Assembly (NCBI RefSeq): GCF_009914755.1
Contig: NC_060938.1
Strand: one strand, 5' to 3'
Source: the human T2T-CHM13v2.0 reference genome, Homo sapiens
DNA length: 64,000 nucleotides
Below are positions 41,901-54,541 of the stretch, piece after piece. A program made the translations under genes and the position numbers. The notes beneath the pieces are model-generated. The model ran no database searches and had not been told where the DNA came from. It saw nothing but the letters and a program-made list of their open reading frames with translations. Positions within the stretch are counted from its first letter, which is position 1, and each line of letters starts with the position of its first letter.

Positions 41901-43857
41901 TTATAGTCATTTTAACCATTAGTACTGGAAAAATTGGATGTCCATATGCAAAGTAATGATAATAATAATACAGATAAAGACCTAACACCTTTTACAGAAA
42001 TACGCTCAAAGTGGATCATATAGTTAATGTAATATACAAAACGATAAAACTTGAAAACATAGGAGAAAATTTATGGGAGTTTGGGTTTGATGATGAGTTC
42101 TTACAAACAGTATCGATAGCATAATAATACATGAACAAATAAATTAATATGTTGGACTTCATTAAAATTAAAAAAGACTTTTGCTCTGCAAATACATTGT
42201 TAAGAGAATGAAAAAACAAGCTACTGAAAAACATTATTTGCAAACATATATCTGATAAAGACCTTAGATCTGAAATATACAAAGAATGCATAAAACTGAC
42301 CAATAATAAAACAACCCAATTAAAAAAAAAACAGGCAAAAGATCTATACAGATGTCTCACGAAAAAAGGTCCATAGATAGCAAGCAAGTAAACGTATAAG
42401 TAGATGTTCAACATCATTTGTCATTGAGGAATTACTAATTAAAACAACTAGATACTATGTACATATGAGAATGGTTAAAATTCAAAAATCAAAAACACAC
42501 ATTGCTGGCTACGATGTAATGCAATGGAAATTCTCATTTATTGTTGGTAGGAATGCAAAATGGTATAGCCACTATGGAAGACACTTGAACAGTTTTTTAC
42601 AAAGTAAAACATATTCTTACCATGTCATCTAGCAATTGTGCTTCTTCGTATTTATCCAGCTAATTTGAAAGTGTCTACACAAAAACCTGGACATGAATGT
42701 TTTGGCATCTTTATCTATTATTGCCAAAAACTGGAAGCAACTAAAATGTCCTTCAACAGATGAATGGATAAAGCAACTGCGATGCATCCATACAATGTAA
42801 TATCATTCAGCAGTACAAATAAATGTGCTAACAAGTCACAGACTAACATAGATGAATCTTAAATATTATTAGTGAGTCAAAGAAGCCAGCCTCAAAAGGC
42901 TATTCTTCCAATTATCTGACGTTCTGGAAAAAGCAAAACTATGTGGCCAGTAAAAATATCAATGGTTGTGAGAGGTTCCAGGGTAGGAGATGAGAGCTGA
43001 AGTTGTGAAACACATGAGATGTTTTAGATCTGTGAAACGTAATACTGTAATCGTAGGTACATGACTCATTTGTTAAAACCAATAGAACTTTACAGTTCAA
43101 AGAATAAAGCCTAATGCATGTGAATTTTTAAAAATGTACATGTGTAAGGTTATGATATACCTTGATACACTGTAGAATGTGACAAAACAATCTAACTGTA
43201 TTACAAATGTATGAAAGAACCTCACTGAAGGGTATTTGGGAAAAAGTTGTTGAGCTAAGTAAATTTGGGAATAAGTAGGATATTCAAGATTAAAAGCAAA
43301 AGAAACTATACATAAACATTGTACTCTAATTGATAAAGAGGTTTTTCATGAGAGTGTGGGTTAATTCTGATACTGCTACCCACATCTACTGAGACATTGA
43401 AAATTCTGTAAATAGAAGGCAGATTGTAGGAGCCAGATTTCTTATTGCTGGAATCCAAGTTTACAGATAATCAAGGGACAAAGACTAGAATGATCCATGT
43501 GGTAATGTGCTAGAGTTGGAGACATCAGGATTAACTCATGTTTAAATGAACTTATAGAGATATAGATAGTTACATATAGATGTATGTGTAGATATGTGGG
43601 TTATTAGACACACATACATTTATCTGCTCTGTCAGCTGAGAGGACATAGAAGCAAAGAATATCTTAGTAGCAATGAGCACACACAGCATCCAGATCTTGT
43701 TTTTTTTATACCATTCTACAGAAAAAGTAACCAGAGACTTTTGAAGAAATAACTGATTCTAGGACTGGGAAAGAAAAGGGCAAGATAATCCCAGAGTATC
43801 TTGCAGTGACAGAAAATAAGCAAGTGTGAAAAAGAAATACACACCAATATATGAATA

Positions 43858-44205
<348 letters not shown>

Positions 44206-44370
44206 TCAGAGAGGTGGAGCATAATTCCCTATTCCTTATGTGAGGGTTGCACATATTGACTTACTTCCAAAGAGTACAGTGTAGAAAATGGGAGGAGGAA
44301 AGGGTAACTTTTCAATGGAGAAACATTACCTTATATAGGTGATCAAAGTTAACATCAAGAGTGATAAATT

Positions 44371-44653
44371 GGCCTGGAGCAGTGGCTCACGCCTGTAATC
44401 CTAACACTTTGAGAGGCCGAGGAGGGTGGATCACCTGAGGTTGGGAGTTCAAGACCAGCCTGACCAACATGGAGAAACCCCATCACTACTAAAAATACAA
44501 AATTAGCTGGGCGTAGTGGCACATGCCTGTAATCCCAGCTACTCGGGAGGCTGAGGCAGGAGAATCACTTGACCCCGGAATCAGAGGTTGCCGTGAGCCA
44601 AGATCTTCCCATTGCACTCCAGTCTGGGCAACAAGAGCAAAACTCTATCTCAA

Positions 44654-44682
<29 letters not shown>
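44371..44682 (+). mobile_element. AluSp-like SINE with (GA)13 tail
   Basis: gaggttgggagttcaagaccagcctgaccaacatggagaaaccc and gggcaacaagagcaaaactc are Sp-type; no right TSD visible. Confidence 0.95.
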
Positions 44683-44684
<2 letters not shown>

Positions 44685-46584
44685 GCCTTAGGTAAAATAG
44701 AATAAAATATGAATAAAGTATTAACATGAATTAATAGTAATATACAAATGTGTGTTCACTTATTTTAACAAATGTCAGATACATGAAATGCAAGATGTTA
44801 ACAGCAGAATAAACAGGGACTGGCATATAAAAAACCTCTCAGCATTATCTTCATAATTTTTCTACAAATCTAAAACTTCTCTAAAACAGAAAGCTAATTT
44901 TTTTTAAGTATTTACTATAGAAACAATAATGATAATGATGACAATTTAGGGAGTATAAAACAAATAACAAATAAAAGAATAAAATGAAAGGAGTCAAGTC
45001 TCTCGAGTTGCAGCAGTCTAAGGTATCTGAAAAACCCGGAAGAGAATAAATATTAACACATTACCTGGTCAAGTAATTTTAAAGGTAACTACTATACAAT
45101 AAATAGGATATATAATCTCAAAGATAGCAGAGAATAAAAATGGAAAATAAAGATGGTTTCACTGGATCATTTCATCAATCAAATGAAAAAGAAGAAAAAA
45201 AGTAACGAAGAAAGCATAGCAATTATAAAGCATAAAGTCAGATTGCGCATAAAAATCCAAATAAAAATAGGTGACATTTGGTAACAGAAAATACAATGTG
45301 AGATTTAAAAAATACAGTCTTGCTATTGATTGCCTAAAATATGCTCACTTAAAATGACAAGAAATGGTTGATGCTTCTAGAATGCAAAAAGAAATTATAC
45401 ATTGTAAATGCTAACAACAAAAAAAATGGGAATGGCTGCATTATTATTATCTAAAGCATACTTTAAAATTAAAAATATCTCTGACAAAAAAAGATTAATG
45501 TGTAAATGTAAAATGCAATATTTAACAGGAATAAATAAATTCTAAATTTGAGTGCATTGAATAACATAACCTAAATATATACAATAAATATTATCAAAAC
45601 AAAATTTTCATAATATTAAAAGTTGAATTTTTTTAAGTCACAAATTAGTGACACCACAGAAACACTTGAACAACAGAAAATTTTTAAAACATTGTAATTC
45701 CAAAGAAACTTTCAGAAAGTAATAAAGACAAGAACAAAAATTAGTGAATGAAAAAGAAAAAAAAGAAATAATAAGGAAAATAGCTGAAGCTTGTTCTTTG
45801 AAAAGACCAGTATAATTGATGTTCTAATAGTAAGAGTATTGAAGACAAAAGATTGAAAATATGAACAAAAATTATAAAAATAAAAAAGTGTATAATTAAC
45901 AAATATAATGTACACTAAAAATGTAATGAGACTATCTTGAACAACTTTATGTCCAAGCACTGAAAAACTTAGATAAAATACATAATATCCCAGAAATATG
46001 TAATTTACCAAAAGTAACTTTAAAAAAGCAATCAGTCCCAAAGAGGCAACTGTTGAAAGTTTGAGTCAGTAAACATATACCGACTAAAAGAGAGGAAGAA
46101 AAAACACCCACCTCAATCCAGATCATTTTTGAAATTATCTCTTTTTCATAATCCAATATTTATACAAAGTCTTCCTGAAAGTATAAAAAGAGAGCTTGCC
46201 TTTATTTATTTTATGACAATCTTACAATATTGACAACAAAATCAGGCTAATATAGTATAGCAAAGAAAATAGCTAAGCTAGCATTAGTAAACTGAATTTG
46301 AAATTATATACAAAACATAATACATCTTTACCATGTTGAGTTGGTCACTTAAATCTAAGATTATCTCACTTCACAAAATCAGTTAATATCAAATAACATA
46401 TTAAGAGCTTAAAGGAGGAGGTCTATCTATGATCATCTCAGAAAATGGAAAAAAATCATTTGTTCAATAGCCATTTATAAACAGTGATCTAAAAAAAGAA
46501 ATGGAAAACAATTTTTTAACTTGATGAAAGTTGTAAAGAACTATCCAAGAGGATCTACAAGAAAACAATAATAAATCCTCAACC

Positions 46585-46915
46585 CCTAAACCCCTTAACT
46601 GAAGTACATAGGTCCATAGGTGTTTCAGAATTCAGAAATATTGAGTTTTAGAAAGGCAACAAGGTGCATAACCATATATTATGTAACTTTCTTAGCAGAT
46701 CGGGAGCAGTATTGCATAATCAAACACATTAATTTTGTCAATGAAACTTATGAATATTCACAGTCATTAAGATAAAGACTGTAAATAGCCTCACATCTGT
46801 TCAGATCAGATTTGGCTTTGGAGTAAGATCTGGTGCCAGACTTACTTTAAAAAAATCTCTGTTTTTAGAGTTTTTTTAAATTTCAGAATGATGTATAAGG
46901 GATTGTGAAACTCTT
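46585..46915 (+). mobile_element. MER46C (TcMar-Tigger DNA transposon)
   Basis: gtgtttcagaattcagaa...ttttagaaagg...ggtgcata...taatcaaacacattaat...tatgaatattcaca...aaagactgtaaatagcctcacatc.gttcag.tcag...ataagggattgtg. Confidence 0.82.
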
Positions 46916-47122
46916 GCAAGTAGAGAGTTTAGCATAATTGCTATATAAAAGTTAAATATTAAAAATAAACATTTTTATATACTGCTTACAAAAAACATAA
47001 AATATAATTTAAAAAATTATGTACAACAAAAAGCGATAAAAATAACTAAGATAAATCCAAAAAATTACCAACACATTTTACAGAAAAAAAGTAACATTTT
47101 AATCACAGAAAAAACGAAGTCC

Positions 47123-47451
<329 letters not shown>

Positions 47452-48243
47452 TTAAATATAACATGAAAAGACTTATTATATTATGTATAGAAAGACTTGA
47501 TGGTGCAAAGATCTTTTATACCAATTATCCTATGAATTCAATAAAATTCAAATGAAAATGCAAAGTGATTTTTATAGAACTTGATAAATAGATTGTAATA
47601 TTTACATTAAAGAGCAAAAGGCTTTGAAGAGGTAAATCTATTTTGAAGTAGAAAAATGTGGGAAACTTGCCAAAGCAAATAGCAAAACTTAAAAAAAGAA
47701 ATTGAGCAGTTAAAAGGTGTATAGATTGACACATAGGTACCAAGTAGAGAGGTCAGAAACCAGTGCCCATAAGGAGAAATGTGGCTGTGTGAAGCAGGGA
47801 GAAAATATGGATTATTCAAACAATAATGTGAGCAAAATTGCTTATATATATGAAAAAAGTTGAATTTAATCTCCCAACATCCACACATTAGGGAGATAAA
47901 AGATGAAATATTAAAGGCATTTAGAACACTAGGAAAAATCTATAAATACATCTTTACGACTGTGAAATGAGAAAAGATGTTATTAGTCTGATATTAAAAG
48001 TATAACACAATTGCAAACAAGAATAACTATAATTTCATTAAAATTAAGATTTTCTGAATTTAAAACACTCTGTAAACAAAATTAAGAAGCAAACTGCAAA
48101 TTAAGGGTTGATATTTAGGGAGAGGAGGCAGAGCAAGATAGCTTACTAGAACCCTCCAGCAATAGTGCCCCCGCAGGTCACAGCGTGGTGAGAGAGAATC
48201 TGTGTGCTTGGGGAAGGGAAGGCAAAGTGATTATAAGACTGTG

Positions 48244-48716
<473 letters not shown>

Positions 48717-48912
48717 CTAAAGTACTCTGGAGTCCTAAACAAACTCAAAAGGCAGTCTAGGCCACACTGACTGCAATTCCTGGGCAGATCCTGGTGCTAT
48801 GCAGGGCTTGGATCCAGGGGATTTGGGGTACACATGACCCAGGGAGACAGCAGCTAGAGAAGTGCTTGCATTACCCCTTCCCCAATTCTAGGCAGTGAAA
48901 CTCACAGCTCTG

Positions 48913-49905
48913 GAAGGAGAGATGAGTGTAAAGAGGACTTTGTCTTGCAAATTGAGTACCATCTCAGCCAAAGTAAAATAAAGCACCAAGCAGAGTCCTG
49001 AAGCCCTCATTCCAGGCCATAGCTCCAAGGTGAAATTTCTAGTCGCCCTGGGTCCAAAGGGAACCTACTGCCATAAACGAAAAAAACGCAGTCCCTGTAA
49101 GAATTTACTGCAGCTGATTATTAATAATACCCTGGGCCTTGAATATACATCAGCAGTAGCCCGGCAGCAGTTGCCACAGGCCTTGGGTAAGACATAGTAC
49201 CTTGCTGACTTCAAGTGTGACCCAGCACATTCCCAGCTGTGGTGCACATGTGAAGAAACTCTTTCTGCTTAAAGAAAGGAGAAGGAAGAGTAAAGAGGAC
49301 TTTATCTTGTAACTTGAGTACCAGCTCAGTCACACCAAAATAAAATACCAAGCAGACTCCTTAAGTCCTTGATTCCAGGCCTTAGCTCCTGGAGGATATT
49401 TCTAGACCTGATCTGGGCCAGAAAGAAACTTGCTGTCCTGAAGAGAGAGACGCAAGCCTGCCTAGACTCAGCCTCTGCTGACAAAAGAGCCCTTGAGCAT
49501 TGAATAAACATCAGTGGTAGCCAGGCAGTAGCCACCATAGGCCTAGGGAGGTGGTGAGAAAGTCTTTCTGCTTAAGGAAAGGAGAGGCCAAAGTACAGAG
49601 GATTTTGTTTTGCAAGCTGGGTAGCAGCTCCATCTCAGTAAAATAAAGCACCAAGCAGATTTCTAAAGCTCCTGATCCCAGGCCCTAGCTCCTGAATGGC
49701 ATTTATAGACCTATGCCAGGACAGAAGGGAACCTGCTGCACTGAAGGCACAGATTCATTTCTGGTGAGATTCATCACCTTCTGACTAAAAATCCCTTGAG
49801 CCTTGAATAAACACCAGCGGTAGCCAGGAAGTAGTCACCACAGGCCTTGGGTGAGACCTAGCACTGTGCTGACTTCAGGAGTGATCCAGCATTGTCCTGG
49901 GTTGG
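48913..49905 (+). repeat. Three-unit tandem array (about 300-360 bp units) within the L1 5'UTR
   Basis: Anchor agaggactt..tcttg...aaaataaagcaccaagcaga...ccaggcc.tagctcc recurs at about 48931, 49293 and 49596. Confidence 0.9.
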
Positions 49906-50249
49906 TGGCCACAGGCGTTTTTGTGTCACTCCATCCCCAACTTCAGGCAGCTCAGCACAGAGAAGGAGAGACGTACTTTGTTTTTGGGAAAGCAGGGAAG
50001 ATAACAAGAGACTCTGTTTGATAATCCAGGAAATTCTCCCAGACATTACCCAAGATAACCAAGATGGTGCTTTTGTGAGTCTGTAAGAGTCATAGTACTT
50101 CTAGGCTTAGGGTGCCCCTCAATGCACACACAGTTGCAGTGACCAAAGACTTACATCACTACACTTAACTCTGTTTGAATACTTGGAAAGCCTTCTCAAG
50201 AAAGACAGGTAAGAACAAGCCCAGACTCCAAAGATTGGAATACATTCCT

Positions 50250-51260
50250 AATTCTTCAATTCTCAGATATCAGTGACCATCCACAAGCATCAAGACCATG
50301 AAAGAAAACATAACTTCACCAAACAGACTAAATAAGGTGCCAGTATCCAATTCTGGAGTGACAGAGATTTGTTACCCCTTGCACAGAGTATTCAAAATAG
50401 CTGTTTTGAGAAAGCTCAACAAAATTCAAGATAATACAGTGAAGAAATTCAGAATTATATCAGATAAATGTAACAAAAAGATTGAAATAATTTAGAAAAA
50501 AATTAGAAGTTCTAGACCTGAAAAATTAAAGTGATAAACCAAAAAATACATCAGAGACTCTAAACAGCAGAATTGATTAAACTGAAGAAAGAATTAGTGA
50601 GCTCAAAGACAGGCTATTTTTGAAAATACACATCCAGAGGAGGAATAATAATAATAATAATAATCATAATAATATAGCTTGCCTACAGGATCTAGAAAGT
50701 AGCCTCAAAAGGGCAAATCTAAAAGTTTTGGCCTTAAAGAAGAAGTGTAGAGAGAATTCAGGATAGAAAGTTTATTCAAAGGGATAATAACAGAGAACTT
50801 TGCAAACTTAGAGAAATATATTAATATTCAAGTACAAGAAAGTTACAGAACACTAAGCAGATTTAACATTAATAAAGATATTCAATAATCAAACTCTCAA
50901 AGGTCAAAAATAAAGAAGGGATCCTAAAGGCAGCAGGAGAAAATTAAAAAAAAAAAAAAAGATAATATAGTGTATAAAGAAGCTTCAATACATCTGGCAG
51001 CAGACCTCTCAGTTGAAACCTTACAGGTCAGGAGAGAGTGGTATGATATATTTAAAGTACTGAAGGAAAAAAAACCTTTTATCGTAGAATAGTATATTCA
51101 GTAAAAATATACTTCAAACATAAAGGAGATCTAAAGCCTTTTCCAAACAAACAAAAGCTGAGAGATTTTGTCAATACCAGACCGATCCTACAAGAAATGC
51201 TAGAGAGAGTTCTTTAGCCAGAAAGAAAAGCAAGTTTATGAGCAGTAAGAAATCATCTGA
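50250..51260 (+). pseudogene. Decayed L1 ORF1p coding remnant
   Basis: ORF 50298-50495 (FKIAVLRKLNKIQDNT...) resembles the L1 ORF1p N-terminal/coiled-coil region; later segments are interrupted by stops, a (TAA)n run and an A-run. Confidence 0.8.
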
Positions 51261-51949
51261 AAGGACAGTACTTACTGGTAACAATAAGTACACTGAAAAA
51301 TACAGACTATTATAACACTATAATTGCTGTAGATAAATTACTCATAACTTGAGTAGGAAGACTGAAAGACAAACCTATCAAAAATAATAACTACAAATTT
51401 TTAAGACATAGTATAATAAAATATAAATAGATGAAAAATGTTAAAAGTGAGGAAGATAAATTTAAAGTATAGAGTTATTCGGTGCTTGTTTTAGTTTGTT
51501 TTTGCAGAGTTAAGTTGTCATCAATTTACAAAAATGGTTTATGTGATTCGTAAGCCTCATAGTAACCTAAAATCCAAAAACGTACAACAGTACATTGTGC
51601 AATTGTATAAAGTCATGCTTAGTATTATTAACACTGAAATAAGGGTGTCCTGGTCAAAAGACCCCTTTATCTCATCTAGGTAAAGCTGTGATGCCACCTC
51701 AGTCTTTTCAGGTCCTTCTTTGGATGTCTCACTTATCTTGAGTAAACAATCCCCCAGGTCAACTTGACTTGGAACTGGCTTGTCCTTCATCTTTCACTTT
51801 TTTTCCCATGGCTTTATCCACTCCCTGTTCCTTATTTTTAAAATCATATCCCATGCACTTCTCCAACCGTAAGTAAAGCAATGCCTTTGTGTTATAACTA
51901 TGTTGTTATAACTATGGCATAAATGCCTATGTGTTATAGCGATGGTAAA

Positions 51950-52140
51950 AGAAACAAACTCAGTAATTACTTTGATTTGGAGTCTTAATGCAATTTTACC
52001 CACAAATTTACTACTTCTGACTCTCCTTGTATCTTTGTGTAGATTCAAGTTTCTACCTGCTATTATTTATTTTTTCTTTCTTTTCGTTCTTTCCTTCCTT
52101 CCTTCCTTCCTTTCTTTCTTTCTCTCCCTCCCTCCCTCAC

Positions 52141-52204
<64 letters not shown>

Positions 52205-52640
52205 TCCTTCTCTCTCTCTCTTTCTTTCTTTCCTCTCTCTCTCTTTCTCTCTCTCTCTCTCTTTAATTTTGTTGTTTTTCCCCCTGAACAGTTTCTATGG
52301 TGAAATTTGATGGCATTCTTATTTTTGTTCTTCTGTTTGTAGTGTGTCTTTTATTTTGACTACTTTTAAGGTATTTTTATTGCTGTTATCAACAATTTGA
52401 TATTTCTTACATTTCTTCTGATTAGGGCATGTTGAAGTTGTCATCTATGCAGGCTTATCATTTTCATTTGATTTAGACATTTTTCAGCAATTATTTTAAT
52501 ATTTTTCTCCTCCTCGACTCCATTCCCCTCCTCATGAATCACCAATTATACATATGTAAGACTTTTTAATATTGTTCTACAGCTTACTCTACCTGTTTCA
52601 TTTGGTTTCAGTCATTTTTCTTTCTGTGAATCATTTAAAA
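51950..52640 (-). mobile_element. Old L1 (L1ME/L1M5-like) antisense fragment, ORF1/inter-ORF region
   Basis: gtgtagattcaagtttct; ttttgttcttctgtttgtagtgtgtc...ttttaaggtatttt...acatttttcagcaattatt...ccaattatacatatgtaagac. Confidence 0.6.
52070..52264. repeat. Compound polypyrimidine microsatellite (TTCC)n/(CT)n/(TTTC)n
   Basis: About 195 bp with only two purines (52086, 52139). Confidence 0.97.
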
Positions 52641-53974
52641 TGATTTTTAAGAATAGAAAAGAGCCAAGTAGGTTAGCTTCTTAGAAGTGTTTTAAAATAT
52701 GTCTTAGCAGAGGTGGAAAGACAGAAGAAAGTCTAGCAAACAGGCACCAGTGCTTATAATCATTAACTCTCACAAGTTCCACAGGACACTGACCTTATAC
52801 TCTACTCTAATGGTAGTATTAAAGAAAGCACATATTTCCATATTCTGCTGTCCAGGACATCTCTCCCAGATGAGTTGCCATGCACTTTTCTTGTAGGCAC
52901 CCAATCTCTGTGAACTGTTCTTTTATAGAACCATCTCCATCATCTTAGTTTGGGTAGGTTGTGGGATACCACTCTCTATGAACATTGACACCTACACAAA
53001 ATCAACACCACTGCCCCTCTCTATGCCCAAGGGAAAACATCCAGTTCAACTATGGCCATGCACTATAGACAAGAGAATTCTTAGCATTCCTTTGCCCTCA
53101 CATTTGAATACAAAAGGCTAATTTCCACAGAAGTTCCACTACATGTCTGATAATTAAAATCAGCTTTTAAAAAAATTTAATGCTGGTTTTCTCAAAAAAT
53201 GTTGAAATGCTATTATCAAGATGATCAGTATTTTATTTTTCTCTAAAAGACATTGACAGCATTGCTGTTTTTTACTTCTACCTGAGGGAAATCCAAGTTA
53301 AAGTGTATGAATTACAAATATCATTTAAATGTGAAAATTTTAACATTTGATTAACTAAGACAGGAGTCAGTCCCTAATTCATAGGCTTCTCAGAATTAGT
53401 ACTTTGGAAGTAATCAATGATCGCTATATAATAATAATTAATCCCATGGTACAAATGCAATTCCCATTCAGCTTATTAACAATAAAAACATTTAATTTAA
53501 CAATCATCTAAAATGCCATTCAGCTAACAAGAAGTAGCATCATTTATTATTCTCACAGATATACATGACTAGGAACTTATTATAGGAACATCAGGTAATC
53601 CTTTAATCAATGTATCATCAGCCCTATTTATATAAATCTCAATTTGGCCTATGTTGATTAGATTTAATGAATTTCATTTGACTTACATGATTAAGTAATT
53701 GATAAATTATTTGGTTACTCCTTTATGGTTTATTTCCTAACATGCCATGGACTAATCAGAGTACAATATTGTAATCTATCACCTTATAGTCTAAATGTTT
53801 TTAAGTAATAAAGGAAACATTTTACTTCTACACATTTCCATATCACCTTATAATGTGCAAACATCATCAAATGCATATTAATGAAATAATGTACATCAAT
53901 GAAAGTCAAAATGATTTTTCATAAATTATATATTTCATATTTTTGTTTTTCTTTATTCTTCACAAAACATGAGT

Positions 53975-54110
53975 TATTACCCTTTGGCTTCATCACAAAC
54001 TTAGGAAGGATAACATATTATTCCCAATTTACAGATAGGAAAGTGAAGCTGCCAGAGATTATAATTTGCCAAGCTATTGAGTGATTCAGTTGGGATTGAA
54101 TAATAGCTTA
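53975..54110 (-). mobile_element. MIR fragment
   Basis: attattcccaatttacagataggaaagtgaagctgccagagattataatttgccaag...gttgggattgaa. Confidence 0.55.
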
Positions 54111-54170
54111 TGTTATTTCAAAGTTTACGTGGAGTATCATGGTTTTTAAAAATATTTTGTAGTAAGCGTA

Positions 54171-54541
54171 TGTCTTAGTTTGGTCAGTCTATTATTACAG
54201 ATACCATAGACTGGGGAGCTTAACAACCAAGCATTTATTTCTCACGGCTCTGAATGCTGGAAGTCCAAAATGAGGATGCCAGCATGGTCAGGTTCTGGGT
54301 GAACATCCTCCTCCTAGTTCACAGACAGCTGCCCTCTCCTTGTATTCTCACGTGGTGGAGAGGCAGAACTTTGGTAACTTCATCTTATAAGACCAGTAAT
54401 CCCATCATGGGGACTCCATCCTCATGACTTGATATAAACCAAAGTAACCTCCCAAAGTCCCCACCTCCAAACACCGTCACAGTAGGGATTAAAGCTTCAA
54501 AATAGGAATTTGGGGAGGACATAAACATTCAGTCCATACCA
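54171..54541 (-). mobile_element. MLT1A/A0-type MaLR solo LTR
   Basis: tgtcttagtt...ataccatagactgggg.gctta...atttatttctcacggctctg..gctggaagtccaa...cctcccaaagtccccacctccaaacacc...ataaacattcagtccatacca. Confidence 0.9.

Noticed and set aside
42016-42417. 133-aa hydrophobic ORF (also 45712-46041)
   Set aside because: Antisense frames of A-rich L1 sequence; the F/L/I richness is compositional, not a membrane protein
48913-49905. Tandem array as a CRISPR-like or satellite locus
   Set aside because: Units are 300-360 bp, contiguous without unique spacers, and embedded in an L1 5'UTR
51942-52310. 122-aa S/L/F-rich ORF
   Set aside because: Translation of the polypyrimidine microsatellite
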